The notes under the pieces are model-generated. The model was not told the DNA's origin and did not search any database. It worked only from the letters and a program-made list of their open reading frames with translations. Source: Deltaproteobacteria bacterium (lineage in GTDB: Bacteria > Myxococcota_A > UBA9160 > SMWR01). Taken from it: DNA of 64,000 nt. Where the stretch lies: contig JAQBGU010000024.1 in NCBI GenBank assembly GCA_032128375.1, forward strand, positions 2,263 through 66,262, given 5' to 3'. Below, in pieces: positions 1 to 9,594 of the stretch (the first letter of the stretch is position 1; every line of letters starts with the position of its first letter). The position numbers and the translations under genes are program-made.

Positions 1-172
1 ACAAACGATGAACAATGTGGCCGACGCGCCTTGTCATCAGTCGGCGTTCGATCGCCATCCGCTGGCGAACGGATCCTATTGACGAGAAAGCCGCGCGGCC
101 GCGACGAGAGCGCCCGGTAGTCGGTACACTCTGCGCGCGAGTTCTCTCTTTCGGCCGGAGGAAGCCGTCGAT

Positions 173-844
173 ATGACCCAAATCCGATTCATCATCTTGC
201 TTGTCTGTGTCTGCTTCGTTGTCGGGGGGTGCGCGTCCAGCGGGGGAACCCCGCCGAAACCTGTCGCGGATCAAGACACCGAAAACGCGGCCCCGCCCGC
301 GCCCGTCCTTGCGGTCGTCGAAGTGACCGCGGCCAGCCTGAACGTGCGGCAGGCGCCCGTCTCAGGTGCGGTGGTCGGATCGCTGAAGCAGGGCGAGCGG
401 GTGCAAGCGCCCAACAAAGCGAGTGACGGCTGGGTCTATATCGAAGCTCCGTCGGGTCTGTCCGGATGGGTTTCCTCGAAGTACGTCCGCTCTATCGTAC
501 CGGAAACCGCATCCCGCGCGACCAGCCCACAAGCGGCTCCCAGCGCAGTGACCGACTCGGGTGCCGCGCCCGAACCCAATCACGCAGCGTCGGACGGAAG
601 CAGACTCGCCGCGATCGAACCCGGCATGACTTCTAGTCAGGTCGTCGAGATTCTCGGCGCGCCCACGCGCGAGCAGAACTACATCACCGGAAAATCCTTC
701 ATCCCGTTCTACTTCGGCCCGGACGCCAGCCGCGTCGATTTCAAGTACGCGGGCGTCGGGAGAGTGGTTTTCAGCCGCAATCGCTACTCGGGCCAATTGA
801 AAGTGATTCGCGCCGAGGTGGACGAGTCGGAGACCGGATACTAG
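173..844 (+). CDS. Lipoprotein with bacterial SH3 domain and C-terminal SmpA/BamE-like domain
   Basis: Lipobox-like VGGC; SH3b signature LNVRQAP...GW...GWVSSKYV; GMTSSQVVEILGAP typical of SmpA/OmlA; GGAGG RBS upstream. Confidence 0.8.
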   Translation: MTQIRFIILLVCVCFVVGGCASSGGTPPKPVADQDTENAAPPAPVLAVVEVTAASLNVRQAPVSGAVVGSLKQGERVQAPNKASDGWVYIEAPSGLSGWVSSKYVRSIVPETASRATSPQAAPSAVTDSGAAPEPNHAASDGSRLAAIEPGMTSSQVVEILGAPTREQNYITGKSFIPFYFGPDASRVDFKYAGVGRVVFSRNRYSGQLKVIRAEVDESETGY

Positions 845-862
845 ACCTGGCACGCTGCGGCG

Positions 863-900
863 TGGTTCTGGATCAAGCACGCGAAGCGAGCATGCTGTCG
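863..900 (+). mobile_element. Tiny IS5-family transposase remnant
   Basis: GGTTCTGGATCAAGCACGCGA is identical to 48672-48692 inside the IS5-like pseudogene; translates VLDQAREASMLS vs VLDQARDAGLLS. Confidence 0.5.
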
Positions 901-1116
901 ACCATGAGATGGATGGGTCCGGCATGCAGTCTCGAGTTCATGCTCGGAACGTGGCCCAGAGAGCCTGCGGGAGGCCATGATTGGGATGATCGCCGCGATT
1001 TCTCGTGGGATTCATGCACCAACGCACAGATTTCCCTGTTCCCGAACGCAGGAAATTCACCTGTCAGGACCCAGATTGGGCTTCGGCCGCGCAACCAGTC
1101 CCGCTGCTGAGATCGC

Positions 1117-1182
1117 GTTTCCCTGTAGTTTCCCTGTAGTTTCTCTGTAGTTTCTCTGTAGTTTCTCTGTCGTTTCTCTGTA
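1117..1182. repeat. 11-bp tandem repeat GTTTCYCTGTA x6
   Basis: Six consecutive units counted directly (one ends in C). Confidence 0.95.
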
Positions 1183-1406
1183 GATCAGGGATTTGCACCC
1201 AGAGACGAGTTCGCTACAGACTGCCCGCACCGCCATTTTGTGGGGCAATTTTCTTGGCCGAGGACGCTTAGCTTTGCGATCGACTCTCGGAGTCGGGGAT
1301 GATCGGGTAGACTCCGGCTCCTCTCCGAAGCCAGGCTTCTCTCCGAGGCCAGGGAGGCCGGAGAATTTCGAAAGAGCTTCGAGGATTATCGAGCGAACGT
1401 TGAAAC

Positions 1407-1483
1407 GCGCCCATAGCTCAGATGGATAGAGCGTCTGGTTGCGGTCCAGGAGGTCGCACGTTCGAGTCGTGCTGGGCGCGCCA
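1407..1483 (+). tRNA. tRNA-Arg(GCG)
   Basis: Acceptor GCGCCCA/TGGGCGC, D-loop with GGA (A20 Arg identity), anticodon stem TCTGG/CCAGG with loop TT-GCG-GT, T arm GCACG-TTCGAGT-CGTGC, encoded CCA. Confidence 0.95.
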
Positions 1484-1661
1484 CAAATATCGCAGCAAGC
1501 CGAATCAGAGACGGCCACCGATCGTCCGGTGGCCGTCTTCTTGCTGCAGGGGTCGGCTGTCAGGTGACCCGAAACGGCACAGCGTGCCCGTTGGAAGCTT
1601 TGTCGCGGCCGACGAACGCGCAACTAGCAGCCGGGCTTCGATTCCCGCACCCTAGTCGAAG

Positions 1662-3608
1662 ATGACTCGGTTCTGGAGGTTCATCCGCTACACGTACCTG
1701 AGCATCGATCCGCGAAGCTTGGGACTGTTCCGGATCGTCTTTGGCTGCGTGCTGCTGTTCGACCTGTTTTCCCATTGGCAGGTCATCGATTTCTGGTACA
1801 CCGACGGCGGGTTGCTTCCCGGTGTATTGGTACAGGAACACCCGCTGTCCCGGCGGATTTTCTCGCTATTTTTTCTGACGACGAGCCATGCCGGAGTCTG
1901 GTTCGGGATGGCCATCTGTTGTTTCGTGTACCTCGCTCTTACGTTGGGATGGCGGACGCGCCTCTTTCAATGGCTCGCGCTCGTCGCCTTATTCAGCATC
2001 AACGGACGCGTTGCGCCGCTGGAAAATGGTGGCGACACAATCCTGAACCTGCTCGCGATGTGGAGCGTATTCCTGCCCCTTGGGCGGCGCTTCTCGTTGG
2101 ACGCGCTGTTGCGTTCGTTGCGGGGCCGCATCGAGCACAGCGCAGCCGAGCTCGAAGACCGCGCTGCGCTGGCCCCCGAGGTTTCACGCGTCGTCTCGAT
2201 TGCCGTGCTGGCCTTGTTGCTCCAGTTCGCTTGCATCTATCTGTTCACTGGGATCCAAAAGAACGGATACACCTGGCAGGAAGGAACGGCGGTCCATTAC
2301 GCGCTCAACCAGGATCGTATCGTTACTGTGTTGGGTGTATGGCTGAGAGAACGATCTCCCGCGCTGCTCGCGCTCGCTGGATGGGCAACGAGGGCGACCG
2401 AGATCGCGGGTGCGGCGCTGATCATGAGTCCGTTCTGGACTCGCCACACCCGGTTGATCGCGATCGCGATGCTGCCACTGATGCATCTGGGTTTCGCCAT
2501 GTGCCTGAATATCGGGTCGTTCTCATTCGCAATGATGTCGTTCTTTCCGCTGCTACTGGCCCCCGAGCACTGGCAGGCGGCGACCCGTTATCTCGCGCGG
2601 CGCACTCACCGACGCACGGTGTTCTTCGATAGCGACTGTGGAATCTGCTTCTTATCGATTCGGGTGCTCGCGCGTATCGACGCGTTCTCGCGTCTGCACT
2701 TCGTTTCCAACCAACAAGATCTGCCAGCTGGGATCACCCGCGAGATCGCGGACCAGACTGTCGTCGTGCTCAATGAAGAGACCGATCGGATCATGACGAG
2801 ATCGGCTGCGGTCGCCGATGTGTTTCGCGCACTTCCGTTCGGAATTGCGATTGCTTCGGTGATGCGACTGCCGATCATTCGAATCGGCTTCGACCGCATC
2901 TACGACGCAATCTCGAACAACCGAACGGAGATCAGCCAGTGGTTCGGGTTGGCCGCCTGCGGAATTCCCGCCCGAGCGCCTGGCAACCCGGCCGCCCCGC
3001 AACCTGCAACATCGGGCATGACCGGCTTCCTGCGCGTGGCAACCGAGTTGATGGCAGCGCTGATGCTGGCAGCATCGTACGGACAACTCGTGCAACACAA
3101 TTTCGCGATCCCTCACGCGATGCGGTACCGCCAACCGGATTGGCTGCAGATGCTCGTCGACTACCCGCGTCTGAATCAGGGTTGGCGAATGTTCACACCA
3201 GAGGGACCGCCCGAAGAATTCATGCTGGCCGTCGAGGCGGTGACTGAAGAGGGGCGACCCGTCGACCCGCTCAATGAGGTCGCGAGCAGGCATGCGGTCG
3301 CGCGCTTCGAACGTATTCCAGTGCGTCTCGGCTTCGACCAGTTCTTTTCCAACTACTCAGAGTACTATGCACGTAACGATCTGCTCGCGTACGAGTCGGC
3401 GCTGGTGCAGTGGATCCTCGCGTATCCACAACGGACCCAGAACCCCAGCGACCGGATCGTTCGCTTCGAGCTGGTCAAAATGAGAGATATCAGCCCGGCA
3501 GCCGGAAAGCTCAGCCCGACCAATTTGAACCGCAGCGTGCTATTTCGCTATCCGACGCCGGACCCGCCCGAACTGGAACGAAATGCCGCGTCTGGGAGTG
3601 GCGAGTGA
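1662..3608 (+). CDS. HTTM-domain membrane protein fused to DCC1-like (DUF393) thiol-disulfide domain
   Basis: DPRSLGLFRI, NGGD, W.EGTAV.YAL and H...(MH) HTTM motifs; VFFDSDCGIC DxxCxxC motif; C-terminal QGWRMF.P. Confidence 0.8.
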   Translation: MTRFWRFIRYTYLSIDPRSLGLFRIVFGCVLLFDLFSHWQVIDFWYTDGGLLPGVLVQEHPLSRRIFSLFFLTTSHAGVWFGMAICCFVYLALTLGWRTRLFQWLALVALFSINGRVAPLENGGDTILNLLAMWSVFLPLGRRFSLDALLRSLRGRIEHSAAELEDRAALAPEVSRVVSIAVLALLLQFACIYLFTGIQKNGYTWQEGTAVHYALNQDRIVTVLGVWLRERSPALLALAGWATRATEIAGAALIMSPFWTRHTRLIAIAMLPLMHLGFAMCLNIGSFSFAMMSFFPLLLAPEHWQAATRYLARRTHRRTVFFDSDCGICFLSIRVLARIDAFSRLHFVSNQQDLPAGITREIADQTVVVLNEETDRIMTRSAAVADVFRALPFGIAIASVMRLPIIRIGFDRIYDAISNNRTEISQWFGLAACGIPARAPGNPAAPQPATSGMTGFLRVATELMAALMLAASYGQLVQHNFAIPHAMRYRQPDWLQMLVDYPRLNQGWRMFTPEGPPEEFMLAVEAVTEEGRPVDPLNEVASRHAVARFERIPVRLGFDQFFSNYSEYYARNDLLAYESALVQWILAYPQRTQNPSDRIVRFELVKMRDISPAAGKLSPTNLNRSVLFRYPTPDPPELERNAASGSGE

Positions 3609-4450
3609 TGGATGGAAGGGCCGAATTCCTGCGCTCGACGCCGAGCCTGGTGTTGGCCGTGGCGCTTGGCGCGGCGCTCGCCGGCTGTGACATGGGCGGC
3701 CCACTCGACGACACGGGTCAGCCGCTCGCCTGGGTGAACGCGGAAAAACTGACGTCGGCCGATTTGCGCTTCACGGGGCCGCTGGACGAGCCCGACGAGC
3801 GGCGCAAGGTGATCGACCGCGGAATCGACGATCTGCTGGTGGCGCGCGAGGCGCGTCGGCGCGGGCTGGGATACACCGAACAAGCAGTACGCAAGATCGT
3901 CGCGGTCCGCCGGGCCGCGCAGGTGCGCGAGCGAAGAATCTTGCGCGACGTGCTGTATGAGGTCGTGGCGTCGGAGGTCGAAATCGGCGAAGCCGAGTTG
4001 CGCGGTGAATTCGAGCGTCTGCAGGCTTCGATCCGAAGGCGGCGCGTGACACTGCGTTCGCAAACGTTTCCGTCCAGAGAAGCGGCTGAGCAGGCTCTCC
4101 AAACGCCCGGCACGGCGTTCGAAGTCGTGGGCCCCCTGTTGATTCGAGAACTACCCGCTGCGCTTCGCAAAGCAGCCAAGAGTCTGAATTCGGTTGGCGA
4201 GCGGTCCGTGGTTCCTACCGGAGGAACGTGGTCGAGCATCGAACTGATCGCCGAACAGATCGTTACACCTCCTGCATTCGAGAACGCGCGAGATGCGTTG
4301 CAGGAGCGTCTCCGCGAGCGCAAGGCCGGCGAGGCGTTCGACAGAGAGCTCGAGCGACTCCGCCAAGCAGCCGAAATCCGACTGGAACCGGGAGTGCTCG
4401 AGAACGACGCGCTTTGGCCGGTGGGCACTTCGTCCGCGGCGCAACCCTAG
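3608..4450 (+). CDS. SurA/PrsA-like foldase-type lipoprotein (parvulin domain degenerate)
   Basis: ATG overlaps upstream TGA; lipobox LAGC; A.VN...LT, IDDLLVAREARRRGL and FE.AR..L SurA-like motifs. Confidence 0.65.
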   Translation: MDGRAEFLRSTPSLVLAVALGAALAGCDMGGPLDDTGQPLAWVNAEKLTSADLRFTGPLDEPDERRKVIDRGIDDLLVAREARRRGLGYTEQAVRKIVAVRRAAQVRERRILRDVLYEVVASEVEIGEAELRGEFERLQASIRRRRVTLRSQTFPSREAAEQALQTPGTAFEVVGPLLIRELPAALRKAAKSLNSVGERSVVPTGGTWSSIELIAEQIVTPPAFENARDALQERLRERKAGEAFDRELERLRQAAEIRLEPGVLENDALWPVGTSSAAQP

Positions 4451-4602
4451 AAAGCCGGTCTTCTCGCCGATGTGCCGGCGACCACTTGGTGTCGATTTCT
4501 GTATCGGATTGACCGCGTATGATATCGTCACATCGGCGTCGGACGGACCGGCTTGGGCACCGATGAGCAATGTCAGATTCTGGCATTACAGAGGGAATCA
4601 AG

Positions 4603-4869
4603 TTGAGCACGAAATTGTACGTGGGAAATCTCTCATTCAGTACGACCGAAAGCGAGTTGAGAGAGCAATTTGAAAAACACGGCACGCTGGCTTCGGTCAA
4701 GGTGGTCACCGATCGCGAGACCGGCCGATCCCGTGGGTTCGCGTTCGTGGAGTTCGAAGACGCATCGAACGCCCGTAACGCGCAAGAGGCGCTGGACGGC
4801 CAGCAGCTGGCCGGTCGCGAGCTTCAAGTCAACGAAGCCCACACGAAGAAAGGCGACCGCAGAGGCTGA
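4603..4869 (+). CDS. RRM RNA-binding protein
   Basis: RNP2 KLYVGNL and RNP1 RGFAFVEF; TTG start after GAGGGA. Confidence 0.92.
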   Translation: MSTKLYVGNLSFSTTESELREQFEKHGTLASVKVVTDRETGRSRGFAFVEFEDASNARNAQEALDGQQLAGRELQVNEAHTKKGDRRG

Positions 4870-4937
4870 ATGTTTCGTCGAGTTCGGGTTCGACCGAAGC
4901 GGATATAAGCACGGCGGGGTAGCGCGACGAACCGGAA

Positions 4938-6350
4938 TTGACGACCGTCCTATCGATGACCCACGAGCGTTTTCGGCGGCCCCTCGCTCCCATCGTCACG
5001 GGCGCGTCTCTGTCGTTGTTCGTGTCGTTGTATGTGTTGTTGTTTGTGTTGTTGTTCGGGTCGATCGTCTCCGTCTATGGCTATGTGTCATTCGTGCTAC
5101 CCGGCGACGCGGACGTCAGCGATCGCGGCAGCAGCATCTATGATATGGACATCCAGCGCGTGGTCGTCGACTTGACGTCCGAACTCGAGGGCTACCGAAC
5201 CAGCGTTCACCCGCTGCAGAAACTTCTGGTTGCGCCAATTGGAATCGAGTTGAACTCGTTCGTCTTCGGCGGCGCCAATCGGCTCGGGGCCGCCAAGCTG
5301 CTGGTCGCAGCGTTCACACTGCTCCAAGCGCTTCTCATTTGTGCTCTGGCATACCAGTTGACGGGGGGCGCACTGCCAGCCGCGCTCGCGGCCGGGGCTA
5401 TCAGTTCGTTTTCGTTTTCTTCGCTGCTCGCGGCGAGTCTCCCCGAGAGTGCGTCGCTCGCGAGTGTTGCCGCAACAATCCCATTGATCTGGTTGGGCGC
5501 TCGGACCGGGTGCCGGTTTTCCGGCTGGGAGGTCGTGGTTTGGGCGCTCATCGGAATCGTCTGTATCGGACTTACGATTACGCAGATCGGCTACTGGATG
5601 ATCGCGCTGATGGTTCGGGTCGGGTGCGAAGGCGGCGCAGGAAAAGGGGATGGGCGGAGGGTTTCGCGAACGGCCGTTGGGGGGGCGACTCTCAGCATCG
5701 CGCTGTTTTTGTTCCTTACCTGGAGCGCGGTTGAACTCCAATCCAAGCTGTTCCCGGGTACGCCCCAGTTTTATTCATCGAACCCGATCGCGGGTGAGCA
5801 GCCATTCCTTCGCTTGGCTTCGATCGCTGCGCAGCCACTTCAACACACCGTGAGATTGCTCGGGCACTTCACAGTGTTCGATTTCGCCGCGCCCTTTCCT
5901 GGTTTCTCGGACTTCCTGATCCGCGATTACGGGTTCGACTACTGGTCACTATCGATCGAGGAAGCGCGAATCGATCGGGTTACGCGGCTCCAATGGGGCC
6001 TCGCGGCCGCCGTGCTATTGGGTGTCGCGATGGGCTGTCTTGCGTTGCGGCGTGCCGATGCGCGATTTGCTGCGCCCGGGCTGTGCATTGCCAGCCAGTT
6101 CAGCTTGCACTTCTTCTACGGCAGGGAATACGTCTTGTATGCACCCCACTGGCACGGGGTCTGGGTGGCGATGCTGGTGGCCGCGTGCTGGAACGCCTGG
6201 CCCACGCGACGGACCGCGCTGCTGGTTGCGTCGGGCGTTCTATGCATCGCCATGCTTGCAAACAACCTCGCGGTGTTGAGCGAGGTGTATCGACAGGTGG
6301 AGGCAGGCCTGGAGATCAAAGTACGCGACGCGCACGGGGCGCTGCGGTAG
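4938..6350 (+). CDS. Polytopic membrane protein of unknown function (possibly GT-C-like)
   Basis: About 10 hydrophobic segments, HPL motif in first loop; start uncertain (TTG 4938 or ATG 4956). Confidence 0.65.
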   Translation: MTTVLSMTHERFRRPLAPIVTGASLSLFVSLYVLLFVLLFGSIVSVYGYVSFVLPGDADVSDRGSSIYDMDIQRVVVDLTSELEGYRTSVHPLQKLLVAPIGIELNSFVFGGANRLGAAKLLVAAFTLLQALLICALAYQLTGGALPAALAAGAISSFSFSSLLAASLPESASLASVAATIPLIWLGARTGCRFSGWEVVVWALIGIVCIGLTITQIGYWMIALMVRVGCEGGAGKGDGRRVSRTAVGGATLSIALFLFLTWSAVELQSKLFPGTPQFYSSNPIAGEQPFLRLASIAAQPLQHTVRLLGHFTVFDFAAPFPGFSDFLIRDYGFDYWSLSIEEARIDRVTRLQWGLAAAVLLGVAMGCLALRRADARFAAPGLCIASQFSLHFFYGREYVLYAPHWHGVWVAMLVAACWNAWPTRRTALLVASGVLCIAMLANNLAVLSEVYRQVEAGLEIKVRDAHGALR

Positions 6351-6418
6351 AAAGCATTCTCGACAGTACGCCGGCGCGATCGAGTCCGCGCTCACGCGCG
6401 GAGAATTCTCACGCTGGA

Positions 6419-7642
6419 TCAGCTTTCAGCGGCGGCCAAAGCGTCATCCCACGAGGCGCCGCTGCGCAGCAGCTTGCGGTAAGTCATCAGCGCGCGAACC
6501 CGATTGAACGCGACGGCGCCCGTGAGGCGACCCGCGCGGCCAAACAGTGCGACGAAGCGCCGCTCTTCGATGGAGCCGTGAGCGATATGCACCTCGTCAC
6601 CCGAGCGCGGCCGGCCCGTACATTGGATCTTCATATCATACTGATCCGACCAGACGAAAGGGACCGGCGCAAACGGCTCGGCTCCATCCGGCCCGTTCAA
6701 CAAGCGCTGGGCGGCGGCTTCTGCTTGCTCGACCGCGTTCGTCCAGTGCTCGACGCGCATTGTTTCCGCGAATAATGGGTTGTACCAGCGAGCGATATCG
6801 CCGGCGGCTACGACATCGGGCGCCGACGCGGCGGATGTCGCGTCGCAGACAACCCCGTCGTCGATATCGAGCCCCGAAGATTCGAGCCATTGGGTCTCGG
6901 GCACGACGCCGATTCCCACCACCACGAGGTCCGCATCGATGCGGCTGCCGTCTTCCAGACGAACCGATTCTACGCGCTCGGTTCCGTCGAATCCGCTCAC
7001 GCGGACACCACAGCGAAGGTCGACACCGTGATCGCGGTGGACGTCTCCGACCATGCCGCCGAGCTGTTTGCCCAACGCAATCTCGAGCGGGACAGTGAGT
7101 GTCTCGATCACCGAGACCGAAAGGCCCCGCGCCCGGCAGGTGGCCGCGACTTCCGCTCCGATGAAACCGGCACCCACCACCGCAACGCGGGGACCTTTCG
7201 CCAGCTCGGTGCGAATCGCGATGCAGTCGTCCAGTGTTCGCAGCGTATGGATACCGTCCAGCTCTGGCGTGCCCGGCAGCCGCCGCGGAGATGCGCCGGT
7301 AGCGATGATCAACCCGTCGAACGCGACTTCTTCAGCGGCCCCGGTAGTGACCGCTTCGACGCGAAGTGTGCGGTCATCCAGATCCAGCGCGGTCGCCCGG
7401 CAGCCCAGCCGCAAATCGAGTTGCAACGCGTCGAATCGATCTGGCTTGGTCAGCCCTACATCGTCGGGGCTGCGTTTGCCGGACAAGACCTCCTTCGACA
7501 ACGGTGGGCGGTCATATGGGAGATGAGATTCGGCACCGATCAGCACGAGGCGCCCGTCGAAGCCCTCGCGTCGCAGCGCTTCAGCGGCGCGCAGCCCGGC
7601 CAGCGACGCGCCGGCGATTGCGATGCTTTGAAGTCTGACCAC
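6419..7642 (-). CDS. Ferredoxin reductase-type NAD(P)/FAD oxidoreductase
   Basis: GASLAG, PYDRPPLSK, GAGFIGAE, RVEHWTNA, WSDQY; GTG start after GGAG. Confidence 0.92.
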   Translation of the reverse strand: MVRLQSIAIAGASLAGLRAAEALRREGFDGRLVLIGAESHLPYDRPPLSKEVLSGKRSPDDVGLTKPDRFDALQLDLRLGCRATALDLDDRTLRVEAVTTGAAEEVAFDGLIIATGASPRRLPGTPELDGIHTLRTLDDCIAIRTELAKGPRVAVVGAGFIGAEVAATCRARGLSVSVIETLTVPLEIALGKQLGGMVGDVHRDHGVDLRCGVRVSGFDGTERVESVRLEDGSRIDADLVVVGIGVVPETQWLESSGLDIDDGVVCDATSAASAPDVVAAGDIARWYNPLFAETMRVEHWTNAVEQAEAAAQRLLNGPDGAEPFAPVPFVWSDQYDMKIQCTGRPRSGDEVHIAHGSIEERRFVALFGRAGRLTGAVAFNRVRALMTYRKLLRSGASWDDALAAAES

Positions 7643-7760
7643 GCCGTCTCCCCGGACTCGGCCGGCCGATACAGTTCGATCGAGGGAGCAGACCATACCG
7701 CCTGCGTGTGCGGCACGCTGCGCGGATTGATCTATCCTCGGCGCCCTTTCGAGGCGCTAT

Positions 7761-8708
7761 GTGACCGATCCCAATTTCGATTCGCAGGCCGCTGCCGCGG
7801 TCGATGCAGAGCCGATCACCTACCCGGGTGCGCGTGCTGCAGACCGCACACGCCATGTCGACAGTTTTGGGCTCGAGATCGCGGTCTACGAATGGGGCGA
7901 CCGGGACGCGCCCGTGCTGCTGCTCGCGCACGGTGGCTTCGATTTTGCGCACACATACGACGTCTTCGCTCCGATGCTCGCAGATGCGGGCTGGCGGGTA
8001 GTCGCTTGGGACCAGCGCGGCCACGGCGATTCCGAACACGCGGCGCTGTACAGCTGGGATGCCGACGGTCGCGACGCATTGGCGGTGCTCGACTCGACGA
8101 CCGATGGGGCCGTGGTCGCGGTAGGACATTCGAAGGGCGCCAGCCTGATGATGGATCTCATCCACGGTCTACCCGAGCGCTTCTCGCGCTTCGTGAACAT
8201 CGACGGCATGCCGTCGTCGCGACCCCAACCCGACGTGTCGGATCACGAGCGCACCCGAATGGCCGCCGAGAGTACCGCTGCGTGGCTCGATCACAGGCGC
8301 GCGGTTGCCACGAAGACACGTCGGCCCGGTAGCCTCGACGAACTGGCCAGGCGTCGCGGCCGGATGAACCCGCGGTTGTCGCTCGAGTGGCTGCGCTATC
8401 TCGTCAGTGTGGGAGCCCGGCACGACCCGGACGGCTGGCGCTGGAAACTCGATGCATCGATGCGTTTCGGCGGCTTCGGTCCGTGGCGACCCGAGTGGTC
8501 GTTGCGGCGGATGCCGAAGTTTCCGCGGCCGATGCTGGCACTGTTGGGTCTCATTGCGGAGGAGATGGGGTCAGCGCTAGCGCCCGACGCGGTCCAGCCA
8601 CACCTTCCGCCAGGCGCGCAGTTGGAAGCGTTCTCCGACACGGGCCATTTCATTCACATCGAAAAGCCGCGGGAGGTCGCAGACCTGGTGCTGCGTTTTT
8701 TGAAATGA
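7761..8708 (+). CDS. Alpha/beta hydrolase
   Basis: HGG, DQRGHGDS, nucleophile GHSKG, C-terminal GHFIH. Confidence 0.9.
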   Translation: MTDPNFDSQAAAAVDAEPITYPGARAADRTRHVDSFGLEIAVYEWGDRDAPVLLLAHGGFDFAHTYDVFAPMLADAGWRVVAWDQRGHGDSEHAALYSWDADGRDALAVLDSTTDGAVVAVGHSKGASLMMDLIHGLPERFSRFVNIDGMPSSRPQPDVSDHERTRMAAESTAAWLDHRRAVATKTRRPGSLDELARRRGRMNPRLSLEWLRYLVSVGARHDPDGWRWKLDASMRFGGFGPWRPEWSLRRMPKFPRPMLALLGLIAEEMGSALAPDAVQPHLPPGAQLEAFSDTGHFIHIEKPREVADLVLRFLK

Positions 8709-9394
8709 CCGTTGTCCACACCCTCATCCACGCGAAGGTCCGGCTAGCGCTCCACCAGCTGCAGGACCGCCCAGGTCCGCGCCTGTTGTTGCTGCACGGG
8801 TTGGGACAGTGCGCGCCACGAGAAACACCAAAGGACGTCACGTCTTGGCCGGGCAGTATTTTCGCACTGGATTTCACGGGCCATGGTGGATCGACTGTTC
8901 CGCGCGGCGGGGGCTACACGGCCGAACTGTTGATGGCTGATGGGGATGCGGCCCTCGAGAAGGTTGGCGCTGCGACCGTGCTCGGCCGCGGGCTTGGCGG
9001 ATACGTGGCAGCCATGCTCGTCGGCGCGAGACCACAGCAGGTCCGCGGCGCCATCATCTGCGATGGGCCGGGGCTAGCAGGCGGCGGTTCGGCGCCGGGG
9101 CGATTGACAGGCCCCATCATCGTGAGTTCGAGAGTTTCAGGGGCCGATCTCGCACCGGGTCGAGCGACTCCTGATCCGTTCGCTGTACAAGAGCTAGCCC
9201 GCGACCTGCGCCCAGCCGATTATGCGTTGACCTTTGCGAGACAGGCTTTGGCCGGATCCGAAATTTCCCAACCGATAACGGTCTGCGCCAACGAAAGACC
9301 CGAGTGGCTGGCCGCACTTGTGGGTTCCCCGGCCGCCGCTGTCAGCTCGGTTCGAGACGCGCTGGCCCGATACGCGGATGCAGGACTGCAGTAA
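8705..9394 (+). CDS. Short alpha/beta-hydrolase-fold protein, probably non-catalytic
   Basis: ATGA overlap with upstream gene; LLHGLG, DFTGHGGS; elbow reads GRGLG (no Ser). Confidence 0.8.
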   Translation: MTVVHTLIHAKVRLALHQLQDRPGPRLLLLHGLGQCAPRETPKDVTSWPGSIFALDFTGHGGSTVPRGGGYTAELLMADGDAALEKVGAATVLGRGLGGYVAAMLVGARPQQVRGAIICDGPGLAGGGSAPGRLTGPIIVSSRVSGADLAPGRATPDPFAVQELARDLRPADYALTFARQALAGSEISQPITVCANERPEWLAALVGSPAAAVSSVRDALARYADAGLQ

Positions 9395-9478
9395 TCGAGC
9401 TGCATCTGCATCTTGGACCCTGCGTTGCCGGCATCCGGTCGTGCATCGTAAGTAGGTGAAATTGCAGGGATTTATATC

Positions 9479-9495
9479 TCGGCATGGGGCTTGCT
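9479..9495 (+). promoter_or_regulatory. Sigma54 -24/-12 promoter of the kinase operon
   Basis: tcGGCATGGGGCTTGCt with GG-N10-GC spacing, 100 nt upstream of ATG 9595. Confidence 0.7.
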
Positions 9496-9594
9496 TTACA
9501 GCGGGGCATGCCTGGAATGGGAATTCGACTGGGAGCCGCTCATAATCCATGGGACCCGGATGACTCATTCGGGAAGCCACAGGGGAGCCTCGAA

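Noticed and set aside
1190-1235. Second functional tRNA
   Set aside because: Only a T-loop-like piece and a CCA-like end; no D arm, anticodon arm or acceptor pairing.
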